Positions 28,031 to 39,247 of a DNA stretch of 56,280 bases are shown piece after piece; the first letter of the stretch is position 1, and the number at the start of each line of letters is the position of its first letter. Below the pieces are notes generated by a model. The model was not told the DNA's origin. It worked only from the letters and a program-made list of their open reading frames with translations, and did no database searches. The translations under genes and the position numbers were made by a program. The DNA comes from Anaerolineae bacterium (GTDB lineage Bacteria; Chloroflexota; Anaerolineae; UBA4142), in assembly GCA_034435315.1 (NCBI GenBank), contig DAOTYB010000071.1, positions 1 to 56,280 on the forward strand, given 5' to 3'.

Positions 28031-29371
28031 ATGCGTACCGATTACTCGAACGTCAGTTTTTGGCTGGCGACCTGTCCACCGTATCAACCGAACGCGCCGT
28101 TACAAGGTGATGCCCGGGCGGATGTTGCAATCATCGGCGGAGGTTTCACGGGCATATCCACGGCGTACTATTTGCGCAAGGCGGCTCCATCGCTCAAGGT
28201 CATCGTCCTCGAAAGTGAAATCGTTGGCTATGGCGCCAGCGGTCGCAATGGCTCATTTGCGATGACAGTGATAGGGCTGGGGCTGGATGTGCTGGCGATG
28301 CTCAAAGGCAAACAGGCCGCGCGCGAAGGGCATCGGTATATGGAGCGCGCCGTGGACACCCTCGGCGACTTGGTAGCAGAACACCAACTCGATTGTGATT
28401 ACACACGCCCCGGCTTTTTGCGGATGGCCACAACGCCTGCCTATGTCCAGAAGATCAAAAAGCAAATCGAATTGTGCCACGCTCTGGGCATCACCGGTAT
28501 CGAATGGTTAGAGCGCGACGCCGCGCGCGCACGTGTGTACTCGGATGTGTATCTGGGAGCGTGGTGGGAGCCGCGTCTGGCACTGGTGAACCCGGTCAAG
28601 TTGGTACGCGGAATGAAACGTGTGGCAGAGAATTTGGGCGCGCACATCTACGAACATTCGCCCGTCCTCTCGATTGAACGCGGCGCGCGATTTACGCTCA
28701 AGACGCCGGGGGGCAAGGTGAGCGCAGAAAAAATTGTTTTTGCAACGAACGCCTATTCACACTTGTTGCCGATGATTCGTCGCAAGCAGATTCCGGCATG
28801 GACGTATATGCTTGCCACTGAACCGTTGCGCGAGGAGCATTTCCGCGCCATCGGCTGGCAAGGTCGTGAAGGAGTTGAGGATGCGCGCAATCTGATTCAC
28901 TATTATCGTATCTCGCCGGACAATCGTCTGCTGATGGGTGGTGGTCCCGTCGGTTTGGGCTTTGGCGGCAATATGAATTTCGATACGAATGTTCAGGCGT
29001 GGCAACATCTGGAAGCGCATATCCGTTACATCTTTCCCGCGCTCAAGGACGTGCGGATTACGCATCGGTGGGGTGGACCATTTTCGGTGACGGTGGATCT
29101 CACACCTGCGCTGGGTTACCTCGGCGATCATCGCGCCGTGTATGCGCTCGGCTGCATCGGACACGGTGTTTCGATGGCACATCTCAACGGGCAAACGCTT
29201 CGGGATTTGATTCTGGAACAACAAACCGATTTGACGGATGTGTTCTTTGTCAATCGTCGTGTAATTCCGTGGCCCCCCGAACCGTTCCGTCTGGGGCTCA
29301 GTATGGCTGTGCGCGCGTATCTGCAAATGGAAGATTGGATGTGTGAACGTGGTATGCCCAAGCGGGTGTAG
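28031..29371 (+). CDS. FAD-dependent oxidoreductase (DAO family).
   Basis: [18 protein letters not shown]. Start at ATG 28031 after TTAGGAGGA. Confidence 0.8.
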   Translation: MRTDYSNVSFWLATCPPYQPNAPLQGDARADVAIIGGGFTGISTAYYLRKAAPSLKVIVLESEIVGYGASGRNGSFAMTVIGLGLDVLAMLKGKQAAREGHRYMERAVDTLGDLVAEHQLDCDYTRPGFLRMATTPAYVQKIKKQIELCHALGITGIEWLERDAARARVYSDVYLGAWWEPRLALVNPVKLVRGMKRVAENLGAHIYEHSPVLSIERGARFTLKTPGGKVSAEKIVFATNAYSHLLPMIRRKQIPAWTYMLATEPLREEHFRAIGWQGREGVEDARNLIHYYRISPDNRLLMGGGPVGLGFGGNMNFDTNVQAWQHLEAHIRYIFPALKDVRITHRWGGPFSVTVDLTPALGYLGDHRAVYALGCIGHGVSMAHLNGQTLRDLILEQQTDLTDVFFVNRRVIPWPPEPFRLGLSMAVRAYLQMEDWMCERGMPKRV

Positions 29372-29404
29372 CGTCGCTGCGGGTTAACGACGTAACTGTC
29401 AGTT

Positions 29405-29550
29405 GGGTATTTCACTCTCATCCTTCTGCCCCTTGCTCTCCTCGCTTTGCGGGGAGTGCAGGGGGGAGATGGGAGGCGGGGAGTGGGCAGGCGGCGCGGC
29501 CGCCCACCCACTCCCCCATGCCCAGATTTGCCCTGAATGTGAAATCCCCT
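29405..29550. repeat. GC-rich nested hairpin module (family R3).
   Basis: The flanks GGGTATTTCAC / GTGAAATCCCC are inverted. The inner hairpins are CTGCCCCTTGCTCTCCTCGC-TTTG-CGGGGAGTGCAGGGGGG and GGGGAGTGGGCAGGCGGC-GC-GGCCGCCCACCCACTCCCC. Confidence 0.75.
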
Positions 29551-29565
29551 TGCCAACTTGCTCGG

Positions 29566-29593
29566 TTGCACTCTGCGGCAAAGCGATTATAAT
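29566..29593 (+). promoter_or_regulatory. Candidate promoter: TTGCAC, 16-nt spacer, TATAAT.
   Basis: The -10 box ends 18 nt before ATG 29612. This implies a very short leader or a leaderless transcript. Confidence 0.35.
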
Positions 29594-29611
29594 GCGGCTG
29601 TGCGCGTCGTA

Positions 29612-30700
29612 ATGCTCAGCAAAGCCCTCGTCGTGGGGCAATATCAAAAAAAACTGGAAGAACTGGCGCGCCACGCTCATCTGGAACTCACCGTCGTCGT
29701 ACCTCCTTACTGGCGCGACGAGCGAGGAGTCCTGCCATTCGAACGTGCTTACACGCGTGGCTATACCTTGCTGGTCACACCACTCCGCTGGAACGGACAC
29801 TTTCACTTGCACTATTACCCCACTCTGCCTCGCCTCCTTGCTACCGTCCTACCCGATCTGGTTCACATTGACGAAGAACCGTACAACCTTGCCACCTGGC
29901 ACGCCTTGCGCGCCGCGCAGCGCGTGGGAGCCAAGACCCTTTTCTTTACGTGGCAAAATATTTTACGCCGCTATCCTCCACCCTTTGTCTGGATGGAAGC
30001 ATACGTCTTGCGTCATAGCGACTATGCCATTGCTGGCAACGCGGCGGCGGTGCAGGTACTGCGCGCCAAAAATTATCGCGGCGCGGTGCGCGTGATTCCC
30101 CAATTTGGTGTTGATCCCGAACAGTTCCAGCCGCGTCCCCGCGCGGTTTCTTCTACCTTTCACATCGGTGCAGGAGTAGGGCGCTGGGTAGAAGAAAAAG
30201 GCATAGACACCTTACTGCGCGCGGTGGCGGGTTTGTCCGGCGAGTGGCGCGTTTCTCTACGCGGTAGCGGTCCGGCGTATGCGCAACTCGCGGCGCTGGC
30301 GCGCGCGCTGGGCATTGCCGCGCGCGTCCACTTTGAGCCACCGGTGCCGTCGGTGGAAATGCCGGCATACTATGCCCAACTCGATGTGTTCGTGATGCCC
30401 TCGCGAACACGTCCCAACTGGAAAGAACAATTCGGGCGCGCGCTCGTCGAAGCGATGGCGTGCGGTGTCCCCGTCATCGGTTCGACGTGCGGCGAGATTC
30501 CCAACGTCATTGGGGAGGCGGGATTGATCTTTCCTGAAGACGATGTGGACGCGCTACGCGCGCACCTCGCGCGTTTGCGCGATGATCCAACCTATCGCGC
30601 TGAACTGGGGCAGCGTGGGCGCGCGCGGGTGCTGGCACAGTTTACACACGCGCACATCGCACAGGCAACCTATCAGGTGTATCGCGAACTCCTGGGTTAG
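29612..30700 (+). CDS. Family 4 (GT-B) glycosyltransferase.
   Basis: EQFGRALVEAMACGVPVIGS (EX7E region). The start at ATG 29612 is uncertain; GTG 29600 is an alternative. Confidence 0.8.
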   Translation: MLSKALVVGQYQKKLEELARHAHLELTVVVPPYWRDERGVLPFERAYTRGYTLLVTPLRWNGHFHLHYYPTLPRLLATVLPDLVHIDEEPYNLATWHALRAAQRVGAKTLFFTWQNILRRYPPPFVWMEAYVLRHSDYAIAGNAAAVQVLRAKNYRGAVRVIPQFGVDPEQFQPRPRAVSSTFHIGAGVGRWVEEKGIDTLLRAVAGLSGEWRVSLRGSGPAYAQLAALARALGIAARVHFEPPVPSVEMPAYYAQLDVFVMPSRTRPNWKEQFGRALVEAMACGVPVIGSTCGEIPNVIGEAGLIFPEDDVDALRAHLARLRDDPTYRAELGQRGRARVLAQFTHAHIAQATYQVYRELLG

Positions 30701-30704
30701 GTGT

Positions 30705-31862
30705 ATGACCTTTCACATCGGACTGAACGCGCATCTCTTGAACCTCAGCGGCACGTATCGCAGCGCCGGCATCAGTTGGTACATCTATCATCTCCTTCAG
30801 CATCTTGAACCCGCGCCCGATTTACAGTACACTATTTTCCTCAGTGACCCGCGTGCTCAAGTGTCGCACAGCGCGCTGGTACGCTCGCGCTTGCCCACGC
30901 ACAAACCGATTGTCCGCATCTTCTGGGAGCAACTCCTTCAGCCGATCGAGTTGCAGCGTGCGCAGGTGAACCTATTGCACGCGCTCGCGTTTGCCGGACC
31001 ACTCGCTATGTCTATTCCCTGGATCGTCACGATTTACGATTTGAGTTTTATGCGTTATCCCGATTCGTTTCATCCTTTGAATCGCCTCTATCTCACCTGG
31101 GCGGTGCGTCACGCCGCGCGCTATGCCAATTATCTGATTGCCATTTCCGAAAGTACCAAGCGCGATTTGATCGAACTGGTCGGCGCGCCACCTGAGCGCA
31201 TACGCGTTATCTACTGTGGCAAAGATTCCGCTTTTGCTCCTGCCACCGATCCTGCCGCGCTTGCCGCGTGGCGCGCGATGCGTCAGGTCCCCGAACGGAT
31301 GATCTTGTTCGTGGGTACGATCGAGCCGCGCAAGAACATTGTGCGTTTACTACGCGCCTTTGCGCGCGCCAAACGCGCCGCGCGCCTGCCGCATACGCTG
31401 GTGCTCATCGGCGCGCGCGGCTGGAAGTACGCCGAGGTAGATCAAACCATCGCTCAGGAAAACCTTGCCAGCGATGTGATGTTTGTAGGTTACGTGCCAC
31501 AAGCGGAATTGCCGCGCTGGTATCAAGCCGCCGAGTTGTTCGTCTATCCATCGCTCTATGAAGGATTCGGAATGCCGCCGCTGGATGCGATGGCAGCGGG
31601 GACGCCGGTCGTTACCTCGAACGCTGCCGCGTTGCCCGAAGTGGTCGGCGCTGCCGCGCTACAAGTGCCTCCCGCCGACGAAGCCGCGCTGAGCGAGGCC
31701 ATCGTCCGCGCGCTGACCGACAAGGCACTGCGCGCGGAGATGATCGCGCGAGGCTTGGAACAAGCCGCGCGCTTTTCCTGGACGCGCGCCGCGCGCGAAA
31801 CCACAGCCTTGTATCGCGCCGTGCTCACCCCACGTCAAGGAGAGTCGAATGCGGCACGATAG
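30705..31862 (+). CDS. Family 4 (GT-B) glycosyltransferase.
   Basis: EGFGMPPLDAMAAGTPVVTS. The start is 5 nt after the upstream stop. Confidence 0.8.
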   Translation: MTFHIGLNAHLLNLSGTYRSAGISWYIYHLLQHLEPAPDLQYTIFLSDPRAQVSHSALVRSRLPTHKPIVRIFWEQLLQPIELQRAQVNLLHALAFAGPLAMSIPWIVTIYDLSFMRYPDSFHPLNRLYLTWAVRHAARYANYLIAISESTKRDLIELVGAPPERIRVIYCGKDSAFAPATDPAALAAWRAMRQVPERMILFVGTIEPRKNIVRLLRAFARAKRAARLPHTLVLIGARGWKYAEVDQTIAQENLASDVMFVGYVPQAELPRWYQAAELFVYPSLYEGFGMPPLDAMAAGTPVVTSNAAALPEVVGAAALQVPPADEAALSEAIVRALTDKALRAEMIARGLEQAARFSWTRAARETTALYRAVLTPRQGESNAAR

Positions 31863-33276
31863 TTGGAAACGTTTGTTTTTACAACTGAGTGCCGATGTGG
31901 TACTCATCAACGCCGCCATCTGGATCGCGTGGTATATTCGCTACGAACTCGAAATTGCCCCGGGTACAGGCGAAGGCTTTTTCTATCATTCGTACAACGC
32001 CTACTTTCCGCTGGCGATTCTGCTGACGATACTCACCATCGGCATCTTTCGCTTTGAAGGATTGTATCGCCCTATTCGCGGCAGAACCTTCTGGGACGAA
32101 CTCTATACGCTGCTCAACGGCACGACGACCGCCCTCTTGCTGATTATGGCGATCACCTTCTTCTGGCGTCCGCTCGTTTTTTCGCGCGCGATGTACATCT
32201 ATGCCGCGCTCCTTATCGTCGCGCTCCTTGCCATCGAACGGTTGATTCTGCGGCTCGTGCGCGCGCGTTTGCGTAAACGCGGCATCGGTGTAGATCGGGT
32301 ACTGATTGTCGGCGCGGGCGAAGTGGGGCGCGCCCTGATGCGCAACTTTGTCGCGCAACCGGAACTGGAATACCACGTGGTCGGCTTTGTGGATGATGAC
32401 CCCGAAAAGAATCAAACCGATATTGGACGCTTTAAAGCCCTGGGCAATCTTGCGCAACTGCCGCGCTTGTTAAAAGAACTGCAAGTGGATCAAGTCATTG
32501 TCACTTTGCCCTGGACTGCACGCGATAAAATCATCGCGATTATGAATCTGTGCCAGCGCTATAACGTCTCCGCCAAAATCGTTCCCGACTTGTTTCAACT
32601 CTCCCTGAGTCGTATCGCCATTGATGCAGTCGGCGGCATCCCGCTGATTGCCTTGCGCGAGCCGCGTCTGGGGATGGTGGACGATGTCATCAAACGTCTG
32701 ATGGATCTGGTCTTTGGCTTGGTGTTGTTTCTCGTTTCTGCGATTCCAATGCTCATCATCGCCATCCTGATCAAACTCGATTCGCCCGGTCCGATTCTCT
32801 TTCGCCAAAAACGCATCGGACGCTATGGACAAGAGTTCATCGCCTACAAATTCCGTTCGATGCGCGTTGGTGCGGAGCAGGAACAAGCCGCGCTCAACGA
32901 TTTAAACGAAGCGCGCGGTCCCCTCTTTAAAATTCGCGACGATCCGCGGTGTACGCGTGTGGGACGCTGGATCCGTCGGATGAGTCTGGACGAGTTGCCG
33001 CAACTGTGGAACGTCCTGCGCGGCGAAATGAGTCTGGTGGGTCCGCGCCCGCCAATGCCCAACGAAGTGGAGCAGTATCAAGAATGGCACAAGCGTCGTC
33101 TCGACGTGCGCCCCGGCATCACCGGCTTGTCGCAGGTGAGTGGGCGCAGCGATTTAACCTTCGACGAAACGGCAATGCTCGATATTTACTACATCGAAAA
33201 CTGGTCACCGTGGATGGACCTTGCCATCCTGTTCAAGACGATTCCGACGGTGCTGTTGGCGCGTGGTGCGTATTGA
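31849..33276 (+). CDS. Polyprenyl-phosphate glycosyl-1-phosphate transferase (WbaP/exopolysaccharide priming sugar transferase).
   Basis: N-terminal TM segments, a central Rossmann-like region, and a C-terminal KRLMDLV...[15 protein letters not shown]...[21 protein letters not shown]. Confidence 0.85.
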   Translation: MRHDSWKRLFLQLSADVVLINAAIWIAWYIRYELEIAPGTGEGFFYHSYNAYFPLAILLTILTIGIFRFEGLYRPIRGRTFWDELYTLLNGTTTALLLIMAITFFWRPLVFSRAMYIYAALLIVALLAIERLILRLVRARLRKRGIGVDRVLIVGAGEVGRALMRNFVAQPELEYHVVGFVDDDPEKNQTDIGRFKALGNLAQLPRLLKELQVDQVIVTLPWTARDKIIAIMNLCQRYNVSAKIVPDLFQLSLSRIAIDAVGGIPLIALREPRLGMVDDVIKRLMDLVFGLVLFLVSAIPMLIIAILIKLDSPGPILFRQKRIGRYGQEFIAYKFRSMRVGAEQEQAALNDLNEARGPLFKIRDDPRCTRVGRWIRRMSLDELPQLWNVLRGEMSLVGPRPPMPNEVEQYQEWHKRRLDVRPGITGLSQVSGRSDLTFDETAMLDIYYIENWSPWMDLAILFKTIPTVLLARGAY

Positions 33277-33304
33277 ATGACGAATGACGAAGGACGAAGG
33301 ATGG
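33277..33304. repeat. GACGAAT/GACGAAG heptamer array that abuts the stop codon.
   Basis: ATGACGAATGACGAAGGACGAAGGATGG starts 1 nt after TGA 33274-33276. Confidence 0.8.
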
Positions 33305-33308
33305 AGAT

Positions 33309-34613
33309 GTGAAAGCGGTTGACATCATCATCAAGAAGCGCGATGGCGGAGTGCTCACGCGCGAAGAAATCGAATTTTTCGTGCAGGGCTTGACGCGCGG
33401 CGAGATTCCCGACTATCAAGTTGCCGCGTGGGCAATGGCAGTGTACTGGCGCGGTATGAACGCTGACGAAACAACCGCGCTCACGCTGGCGATGGCACAT
33501 TCGGGTCAGGTGCTGGATTTGACGCCGATTGCGCCGCGCGTGCTCGACAAGCATTCCAGCGGCGGCGTGGGCGACAAGACCACGCTGGTCGTCGCGCCGC
33601 TGGTGGCTTCACTCGGTTTGCCGGTGGGAAAAATGTCGGGACGCGGCTTGAGTTTTTCGGGTGGGACGCTCGACAAACTCGAGTCCATTCCCGGTTTTCG
33701 CGCCGATCTCACGACGCAAGAATTTCTGACCCAGTTGCAACGCCACGGCATCGTCGTCAGTGGGCAAACGCACGACCTGGCACCTGCCGATGGCAAACTG
33801 TACGCGCTGCGCGATGTGACCGGCACCGTGAGTTCCTTGCCCCTCATTGCTAGTTCGATTATGAGCAAGAAAATCGCTGCGGGCGCGCAGATCATTGTGC
33901 TGGATGTCAAAGTGGGACGCGGCGCGTTTATGAAGACCCAGGCTCAGGCTACCGCGCTCGCCGAGTTGATGGTACGAATCGGGCATAACGTTGGACGCAA
34001 GGTGGCTGCCGTCATCAGCGATATGAACCAGCCGCTGGGGAACGCGGTCGGCAACGCGCTGGAGGTCATCGAAGCCGTCGAAACGCTCAAAGAGCGCGGT
34101 CCCGCCGATTTTGTCGAACATTGCTTGCAAGTGGCGACGCAAATGGTTTTGCTCGCGGACGCCGCGCGCGACGAAGACGACGCGCGCACACAATTGAACG
34201 CCGCGCTGAGCGATGGACGCGCGCTGCAAAAGTTTGGCGCGTGGATCGCGGGACAGGGCGGCGACGCGCGCGTCGTGGAGGATCTGACGCTTTTGCCGCG
34301 CGCGGCTATCATCGAAACGGTGACCGCGCCGCGCGAGGGATTTATCGCGGCAATTGACGCGCAAGAGGTCGGCTTGACCGTTGTAGATTTGGGGGGTGGA
34401 CGCGTGAAAAAAGGAGACCCGATTGATCACGCCGTTGGCGTTGTGTTTCACCGCAAAGTGGGTGCGCGCGTCGCGCGCGGTGAGCCACTCTTTACGCTCC
34501 ACGCGAACGATCGCGCGAAAGGGGATGCGGCAAAGGCGCGTCTTCTCGCCGCGATCGAATTCAGCAATGCGGCGCCCGCGCCGTTGCCGTTGATTCATCG
34601 CATCGTGCGGTAA
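33309..34613 (+). CDS. pdp: Pyrimidine-nucleoside (thymidine) phosphorylase.
   Basis: [11 protein letters not shown] and [19 protein letters not shown] start. Confidence 0.9.
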   Translation: MKAVDIIIKKRDGGVLTREEIEFFVQGLTRGEIPDYQVAAWAMAVYWRGMNADETTALTLAMAHSGQVLDLTPIAPRVLDKHSSGGVGDKTTLVVAPLVASLGLPVGKMSGRGLSFSGGTLDKLESIPGFRADLTTQEFLTQLQRHGIVVSGQTHDLAPADGKLYALRDVTGTVSSLPLIASSIMSKKIAAGAQIIVLDVKVGRGAFMKTQAQATALAELMVRIGHNVGRKVAAVISDMNQPLGNAVGNALEVIEAVETLKERGPADFVEHCLQVATQMVLLADAARDEDDARTQLNAALSDGRALQKFGAWIAGQGGDARVVEDLTLLPRAAIIETVTAPREGFIAAIDAQEVGLTVVDLGGGRVKKGDPIDHAVGVVFHRKVGARVARGEPLFTLHANDRAKGDAAKARLLAAIEFSNAAPAPLPLIHRIVR

Positions 34614-34641
34614 AACGCAGGGGCACGCATCGTATTGATAA

Positions 34642-34677
34642 ACACAACGGGCGAGGAGTTCTCCTCGCCCGTTGTGT
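34642..34677. terminator. Bidirectional terminator hairpin between convergent pdp and hppA.
   Basis: ACACAACGGGCGAGGAG-TT-CTCCTCGCCCGTTGTGT, a 17-bp stem. Confidence 0.65.
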
Positions 34678-34693
34678 TTATGCAATGCGAAAC

Positions 34694-36973
34694 TCAGGAC
34701 TCGAACTTGAACGCGCCACGTCGCGAGTACCACAGTGCCCATACGACAATCGCCAGACTGACTACGGCGATTGCCACATAGGACAAATTCTCCATCGAAA
34801 GCCACGTGCCGGTCTTAGTGGTTTGCGAGACCTGTACGACCAGCGGGACGATCAACACCGCGACCAGATTGATGACCTTGATCATCGGGTTGAGCGCGGG
34901 ACCCGCCGTATCCTTCAACGGATCACCAACAGTATCGCCGACGACACCCGCTTTGTGACGCTCCGAACCCTTGCCGGTGTTCTTTTCGAGATTGCGCGGT
35001 TCATCCTCAATCGTCTTTTTGGCATTATCCCACGCGCCACCAGCGTTCGCCATAAAGACCGCCATCAATTGCCCCGAGAGGATGACTCCTGCCAGAAAAC
35101 CGCCGAGGGCTTCCTCGTGCAACAAGAAACCGACGATGAGGGGCACCAACACTGCGAGCGCGCCCACGCCCAACAACTCGCGTTGCGCGGCGGCGGTACA
35201 AATCTCGACGGCTTTGCCGTAATCCGGTTGCACCTTGCCTTCCATCAAACCGGGAATGCGGAACTGGCGCCGCACTTCATCCACAATCAAATTCGCTGAA
35301 CGCCCGACCGCGCGAATCGTCATCGCGCTGAAGAGGAAGGGCACCGCGCCACCAATCAACATGCCGATAAACACCTGCGGAATCGCCACATTGATACTAA
35401 AGTGCGAGGGCACAGCCATTTTGAGACTCTTCATCGTCTCGATGACCGTATCGCCGTACGCGCCAAAGAGCGAGACCGCTGCAATCACTGCCGACGCGAT
35501 AGCAATCCCCTTGGTCACGGCTTTGGTCGTGTTCCCCACGGCATCGAGATCTGCCATAATCTTGCGCGCCTTGGGATCCATCTTGCACATCTCGCCAATA
35601 CCGTTCGCGTTATCGGCGATGGGACCAAACGCGTCCATACTGATATTGTTACCGGTCAAAGTCAACTGACCGATACCGCACAGCGCCACGCCGTACAGAA
35701 TCATCGTCACACTTTCGCCCGTAAAGATGAGCACGCTGGTAAAGATCGCTGCCGAGACGGCGAAAATAGCCCACACGGACGATTCCATCCCCACATACAA
35801 GCCGGCGAGAATCGTAGTAGCGGGTCCTCCCGATGTGGCTTGTTTGATCTCTTGCACCGGCGATTTTTCGGTGCCGGTAAAGTACTCGGTCAGAGTGTTC
35901 GTGATAACCGCGAGCATCACGCCGGCAGTGGTCGCGGCCGCCACGCGCCAATCGCCCATATACACCAGTGCCAGGATCCAGAAACTGGCGATGCTGATGA
36001 ACGCCGCCAGACGATAACCACGATCAATCGCCTTGAACGCGCTCTCTTGTTCATTGATCGCACGCACCGAATAGGTGCTGATGATCGAAGAGAGTACACC
36101 GATAGCGCGTACGAGGAGTGGGAACAAAATCCACTTGAATTCGAACGTGGGTCCCGCCATCGCTACCGAGATACCCAGAATCATCGCCGAGACGATGGTC
36201 ACTTCGTACGACTCGAAAATGTCTGCTGCCATGCCTGCGCAATCGCCCACGTTATCGCCGACGAGATCGGCAATCACCGCAGCGTTGCGCGGATCATCTT
36301 CGGGCAAATCTTTTTCCACTTTACCGACCAGATCGGCGCCCACGTCTGCCGCTTTGGTATAAATGCCACCACCCACGCGCATAAAGAGCGCGATGAGTGT
36401 GCCGCCAAAACCAAAGCCGAGCAACACTTCGGGCGCGGCTTGCCCGTAGAGGATGAAGATGAGTGTGCCGCCCAACAAGCCCAGCCCATCGGTCAACATA
36501 CCGCTGATGGTCCCGGTGCGATAACCGATGCGCAAGGCATCGCCAAAACTACGCTGCGCGCCTGCCGCCATGCGCACGTTTGCCAGCACAGCCATTCGCA
36601 TCCCCAACTGACCGACAGCGAGCGAAAAGAGCGAACCCATCAAGAACGCGCCGGCGCGTCCAATGGCAATATCCATCCCGTCGAAGCCAGCATCGGTCAC
36701 ATACTTGGGCAATTCCTTGACCAGCGCGGCGCTGGCAAACAAGGCGAAGGTCAGAATGGCAATGAAAATGATAATCGTGCGCAATTGTCTGTTCAGATAC
36801 GCCACCGCGCCTTGTCGGATGCGGTTGGAAATATCCCGCATCGCCTCCGTGCCGGTATCCTCACGCAAAATCTGCCGCGTGAGAAATGCGGCATAGAGCA
36901 ATCCCAGAATGGCGGTTCCCAGAACCGACCACACACCGATTGCTTCCCAGGTTGTGATTTTTGACCAATCCAT
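34694..36973 (-). CDS. hppA: Membrane-bound ion-translocating pyrophosphatase.
   Basis: GDNVGDCAG and VGDTVGDPLKDTAGPALN. It is a 759-aa polytopic protein. Confidence 0.95.
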   Translation of the reverse strand: MDWSKITTWEAIGVWSVLGTAILGLLYAAFLTRQILREDTGTEAMRDISNRIRQGAVAYLNRQLRTIIIFIAILTFALFASAALVKELPKYVTDAGFDGMDIAIGRAGAFLMGSLFSLAVGQLGMRMAVLANVRMAAGAQRSFGDALRIGYRTGTISGMLTDGLGLLGGTLIFILYGQAAPEVLLGFGFGGTLIALFMRVGGGIYTKAADVGADLVGKVEKDLPEDDPRNAAVIADLVGDNVGDCAGMAADIFESYEVTIVSAMILGISVAMAGPTFEFKWILFPLLVRAIGVLSSIISTYSVRAINEQESAFKAIDRGYRLAAFISIASFWILALVYMGDWRVAAATTAGVMLAVITNTLTEYFTGTEKSPVQEIKQATSGGPATTILAGLYVGMESSVWAIFAVSAAIFTSVLIFTGESVTMILYGVALCGIGQLTLTGNNISMDAFGPIADNANGIGEMCKMDPKARKIMADLDAVGNTTKAVTKGIAIASAVIAAVSLFGAYGDTVIETMKSLKMAVPSHFSINVAIPQVFIGMLIGGAVPFLFSAMTIRAVGRSANLIVDEVRRQFRIPGLMEGKVQPDYGKAVEICTAAAQRELLGVGALAVLVPLIVGFLLHEEALGGFLAGVILSGQLMAVFMANAGGAWDNAKKTIEDEPRNLEKNTGKGSERHKAGVVGDTVGDPLKDTAGPALNPMIKVINLVAVLIVPLVVQVSQTTKTGTWLSMENLSYVAIAVVSLAIVVWALWYSRRGAFKFES

Positions 36974-37193
36974 GCATTTCCTCCATGAAATTGATACGTT
37001 GGTTTTGCCGGGCTACCTTGTCCGGCGTCAAAAATACAAAGGCTATTCTAGCACAATTTGGTGAAAATGCAAAAGTGGTTGAAATCGCCGCCACAACTAC
37101 GCTCAGCCGACCTGCGCCGGCGGGACGAATTGCCGCAGGGCAACTTGTGGCTGCGACTCGAGTCGCTCGCAAGTTTGTCAACTTTGCCCGTCG

Positions 37194-38408
37194 CTACTTG
37201 TACGGAATTGCTACGTCGCCAATGAACTCGCGCGCGATGATGATGCGCATAATGTTCGCACCCCCCTCCGCGCCGACGACGTACGACAGCAAGCCGCGCA
37301 GTAGCATTTCAAAGGGCACCTCAATCGTATAGCCCAGCGCGCCGTGATGCATCATGGCATGCTTGGCAATCTCCACACCCAGCAAGGGCGCGGTCAATTT
37401 GCAAATCGCCACATTCGCGTTGATTTCTTTGCGCGTTACGGCCTGGGGGTTTTTGCCAAACTCGTCAATCAACCACGCCGTCTTGAGCAATTGATTCTTG
37501 AGCATCTCCAGTCGCGCATAGTCGTCCGCAATTTCGAACGAGATGCCTTCGAACTTGACGAGCGGCTGACCGAACAGATGCCGCTGTTTGGTGTACTCGG
37601 CACTCAATTCGAGCGCGCGTTCTGCACCGCCCGCACACGCAGCGCAGACGAGTACGCGCGCCGCGTTGAATCCCTCCATCAAAACGTACCAGCCGCGATT
37701 CTCCGCGCCGAGGACGTATTTGGCAGGCACCGGCACATTCTCGTACGCGATCATCCCGGTGGACAGAGCCATTCGCCCCATCATCGTCAACTTTTGCGTG
37801 GTGATACCCGGCGACTGGAGCGGGATGTACGCAAAGGTCATTCCCCGATTGCCTAACTCGGGTGCGGTCTTGAACAACGTAAGATGTCCACCGCCGCGCT
37901 GGGCGGCTTCGACGACACCACTGATGTAAATCTTTTCGCCATTGACGATGTACTGCTCGCCCGCTTTGGTCGCGTGTGTGCGAATACTCGCCAGGTCAGA
38001 GCCGCCACTCGGTTCGGTCGTTGCAATCCCCAGGAACCATTCGCCTTTTGCCACGCGCGGCAACAGTTCGCGCTTTAACTCTTCCGAGCCAAAGCGCGCC
38101 GCCACGTACCCCCAACCCAGACACAGTAGCGTGTACACCGGCAACGCCATCGAAAGATCCGCGCGCGCGATTTCGTGAATGGCCAGCATTGCATACGTCA
38201 CCTCTTCGCCGCGTACCGCCGAGCCGCCGTACTCTTCCGGAATCGTCACGCCGAACAAGCCCAGGTCTGCCATTCCCTTGATGATTTCTGGGGGGATACC
38301 TTCGGCTTTGCGATCCATCTCGCGCGAGCGCGGCGCGATGTGTTTCTCCGCAAACTCGCGCACGGTTTGTTTGAACAGTTGTTGTTCTTCGGTTAAACGA
38401 AAATTCAT
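37194..38408 (-). CDS. Acyl-CoA dehydrogenase.
   Basis: MNFRLTEEQQLFKQTVREFAEK and GIATTEPSGGSDLAS. Start at ATG 38408 after GGAGGA. Confidence 0.9.
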   Translation of the reverse strand: MNFRLTEEQQLFKQTVREFAEKHIAPRSREMDRKAEGIPPEIIKGMADLGLFGVTIPEEYGGSAVRGEEVTYAMLAIHEIARADLSMALPVYTLLCLGWGYVAARFGSEELKRELLPRVAKGEWFLGIATTEPSGGSDLASIRTHATKAGEQYIVNGEKIYISGVVEAAQRGGGHLTLFKTAPELGNRGMTFAYIPLQSPGITTQKLTMMGRMALSTGMIAYENVPVPAKYVLGAENRGWYVLMEGFNAARVLVCAACAGGAERALELSAEYTKQRHLFGQPLVKFEGISFEIADDYARLEMLKNQLLKTAWLIDEFGKNPQAVTRKEINANVAICKLTAPLLGVEIAKHAMMHHGALGYTIEVPFEMLLRGLLSYVVGAEGGANIMRIIIAREFIGDVAIPYK

Positions 38409-38482
38409 GGATTCCTCCATAGTTGCGGCAAAGCCGCAACCAAGTTTGCGAACACTCGTAACCAACGGGGAGGGAAAACAAA

Positions 38483-38567
38483 GGGACGGAGTGGTGGCGG
38501 GCGGCTTTGCCTGCCACCACTCCGTCTCCGCCTCCTTCTCTTCCCGCCACGCGGGGAGAGAAGGGAG
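38483..38567. repeat. Tandem pair of GC-rich hairpins (family R3).
   Basis: GGGACGGAGTGGTGGCGGGCGG...CCTGCCACCACTCCGTCTCC, then CTCCTTCTCTTCCCG-CCAC-GCGGGGAGAGAAGGGAG. The same pair, in the same order, is at 42773-42864. Confidence 0.85.
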
Positions 38568-38628
38568 CAGGGGGATGTGTGGGGAAAAACAGAAGGATGA
38601 CTTGGCGTTTTGAGATAGTTGCTTGCTC

Positions 38629-39147
38629 TTAGCGGGGTGCTAATCCAAACGTCAAACTGGTGATTTTCCACTGTCCATCAATCTTACGGAAGGTCCACCG
38701 GTCATTGTCTTTCAAGTTCGTGACACCGATACGTGTGTCTGCGATTGCTGTAGCACTATCCCCCGTGATAGTCACACGGATGTTAGGGTGTTCGGCAAAG
38801 GTCGGATTTGAGGGAAAGACAATGTTGACATAGCGATCGCGAATCGCCGCCCAATTCTTCCAGGTCTTGTCATCGGCAGGATTGTTGGGTGTACGATTAG
38901 CATCGGTGACCACGCCATCTTTTGCCCACATCGCCTCCAGACGGTCAATGTCCTGCTGCACAACGGCTTCGCCTTCGGCGATGATCAACTGGCGAATGGC
39001 TTCTTCGTCGTTCGCCGGGACTGGGGTGGGAGTACGTTGAATGGGTGGGCGCGGTCCCGAAGCCGGCGGCGGTGGGGGGGCACCGGTACTGCACGCGACA
39101 CTGATCAATGCCAATACTACCACTGCCATCAAAACGGACTTGCGCAT
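38629..39147 (-). CDS. Lipoprotein with an NTF2-like (SnoaL/DUF4440-type) domain.
   Basis: MRKSVLMAVVVLALISVAC lipobox, a Pro-rich linker, and EEAIRQLIIAEGEAVVQQDIDRLEAMWAKDG. Confidence 0.5.
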   Translation of the reverse strand: MRKSVLMAVVVLALISVACSTGAPPPPPASGPRPPIQRTPTPVPANDEEAIRQLIIAEGEAVVQQDIDRLEAMWAKDGVVTDANRTPNNPADDKTWKNWAAIRDRYVNIVFPSNPTFAEHPNIRVTITGDSATAIADTRIGVTNLKDNDRWTFRKIDGQWKITSLTFGLAPR

Positions 39148-39247
39148 AAATTTGCCTCCACAATCTTCTGAGAAATTTGACGGGCGCAATATTAGCACGA
39201 TTTGGCAAAAAGTCAAAATCAGTGTCAGGTTTCAGGTTAACCTGAAA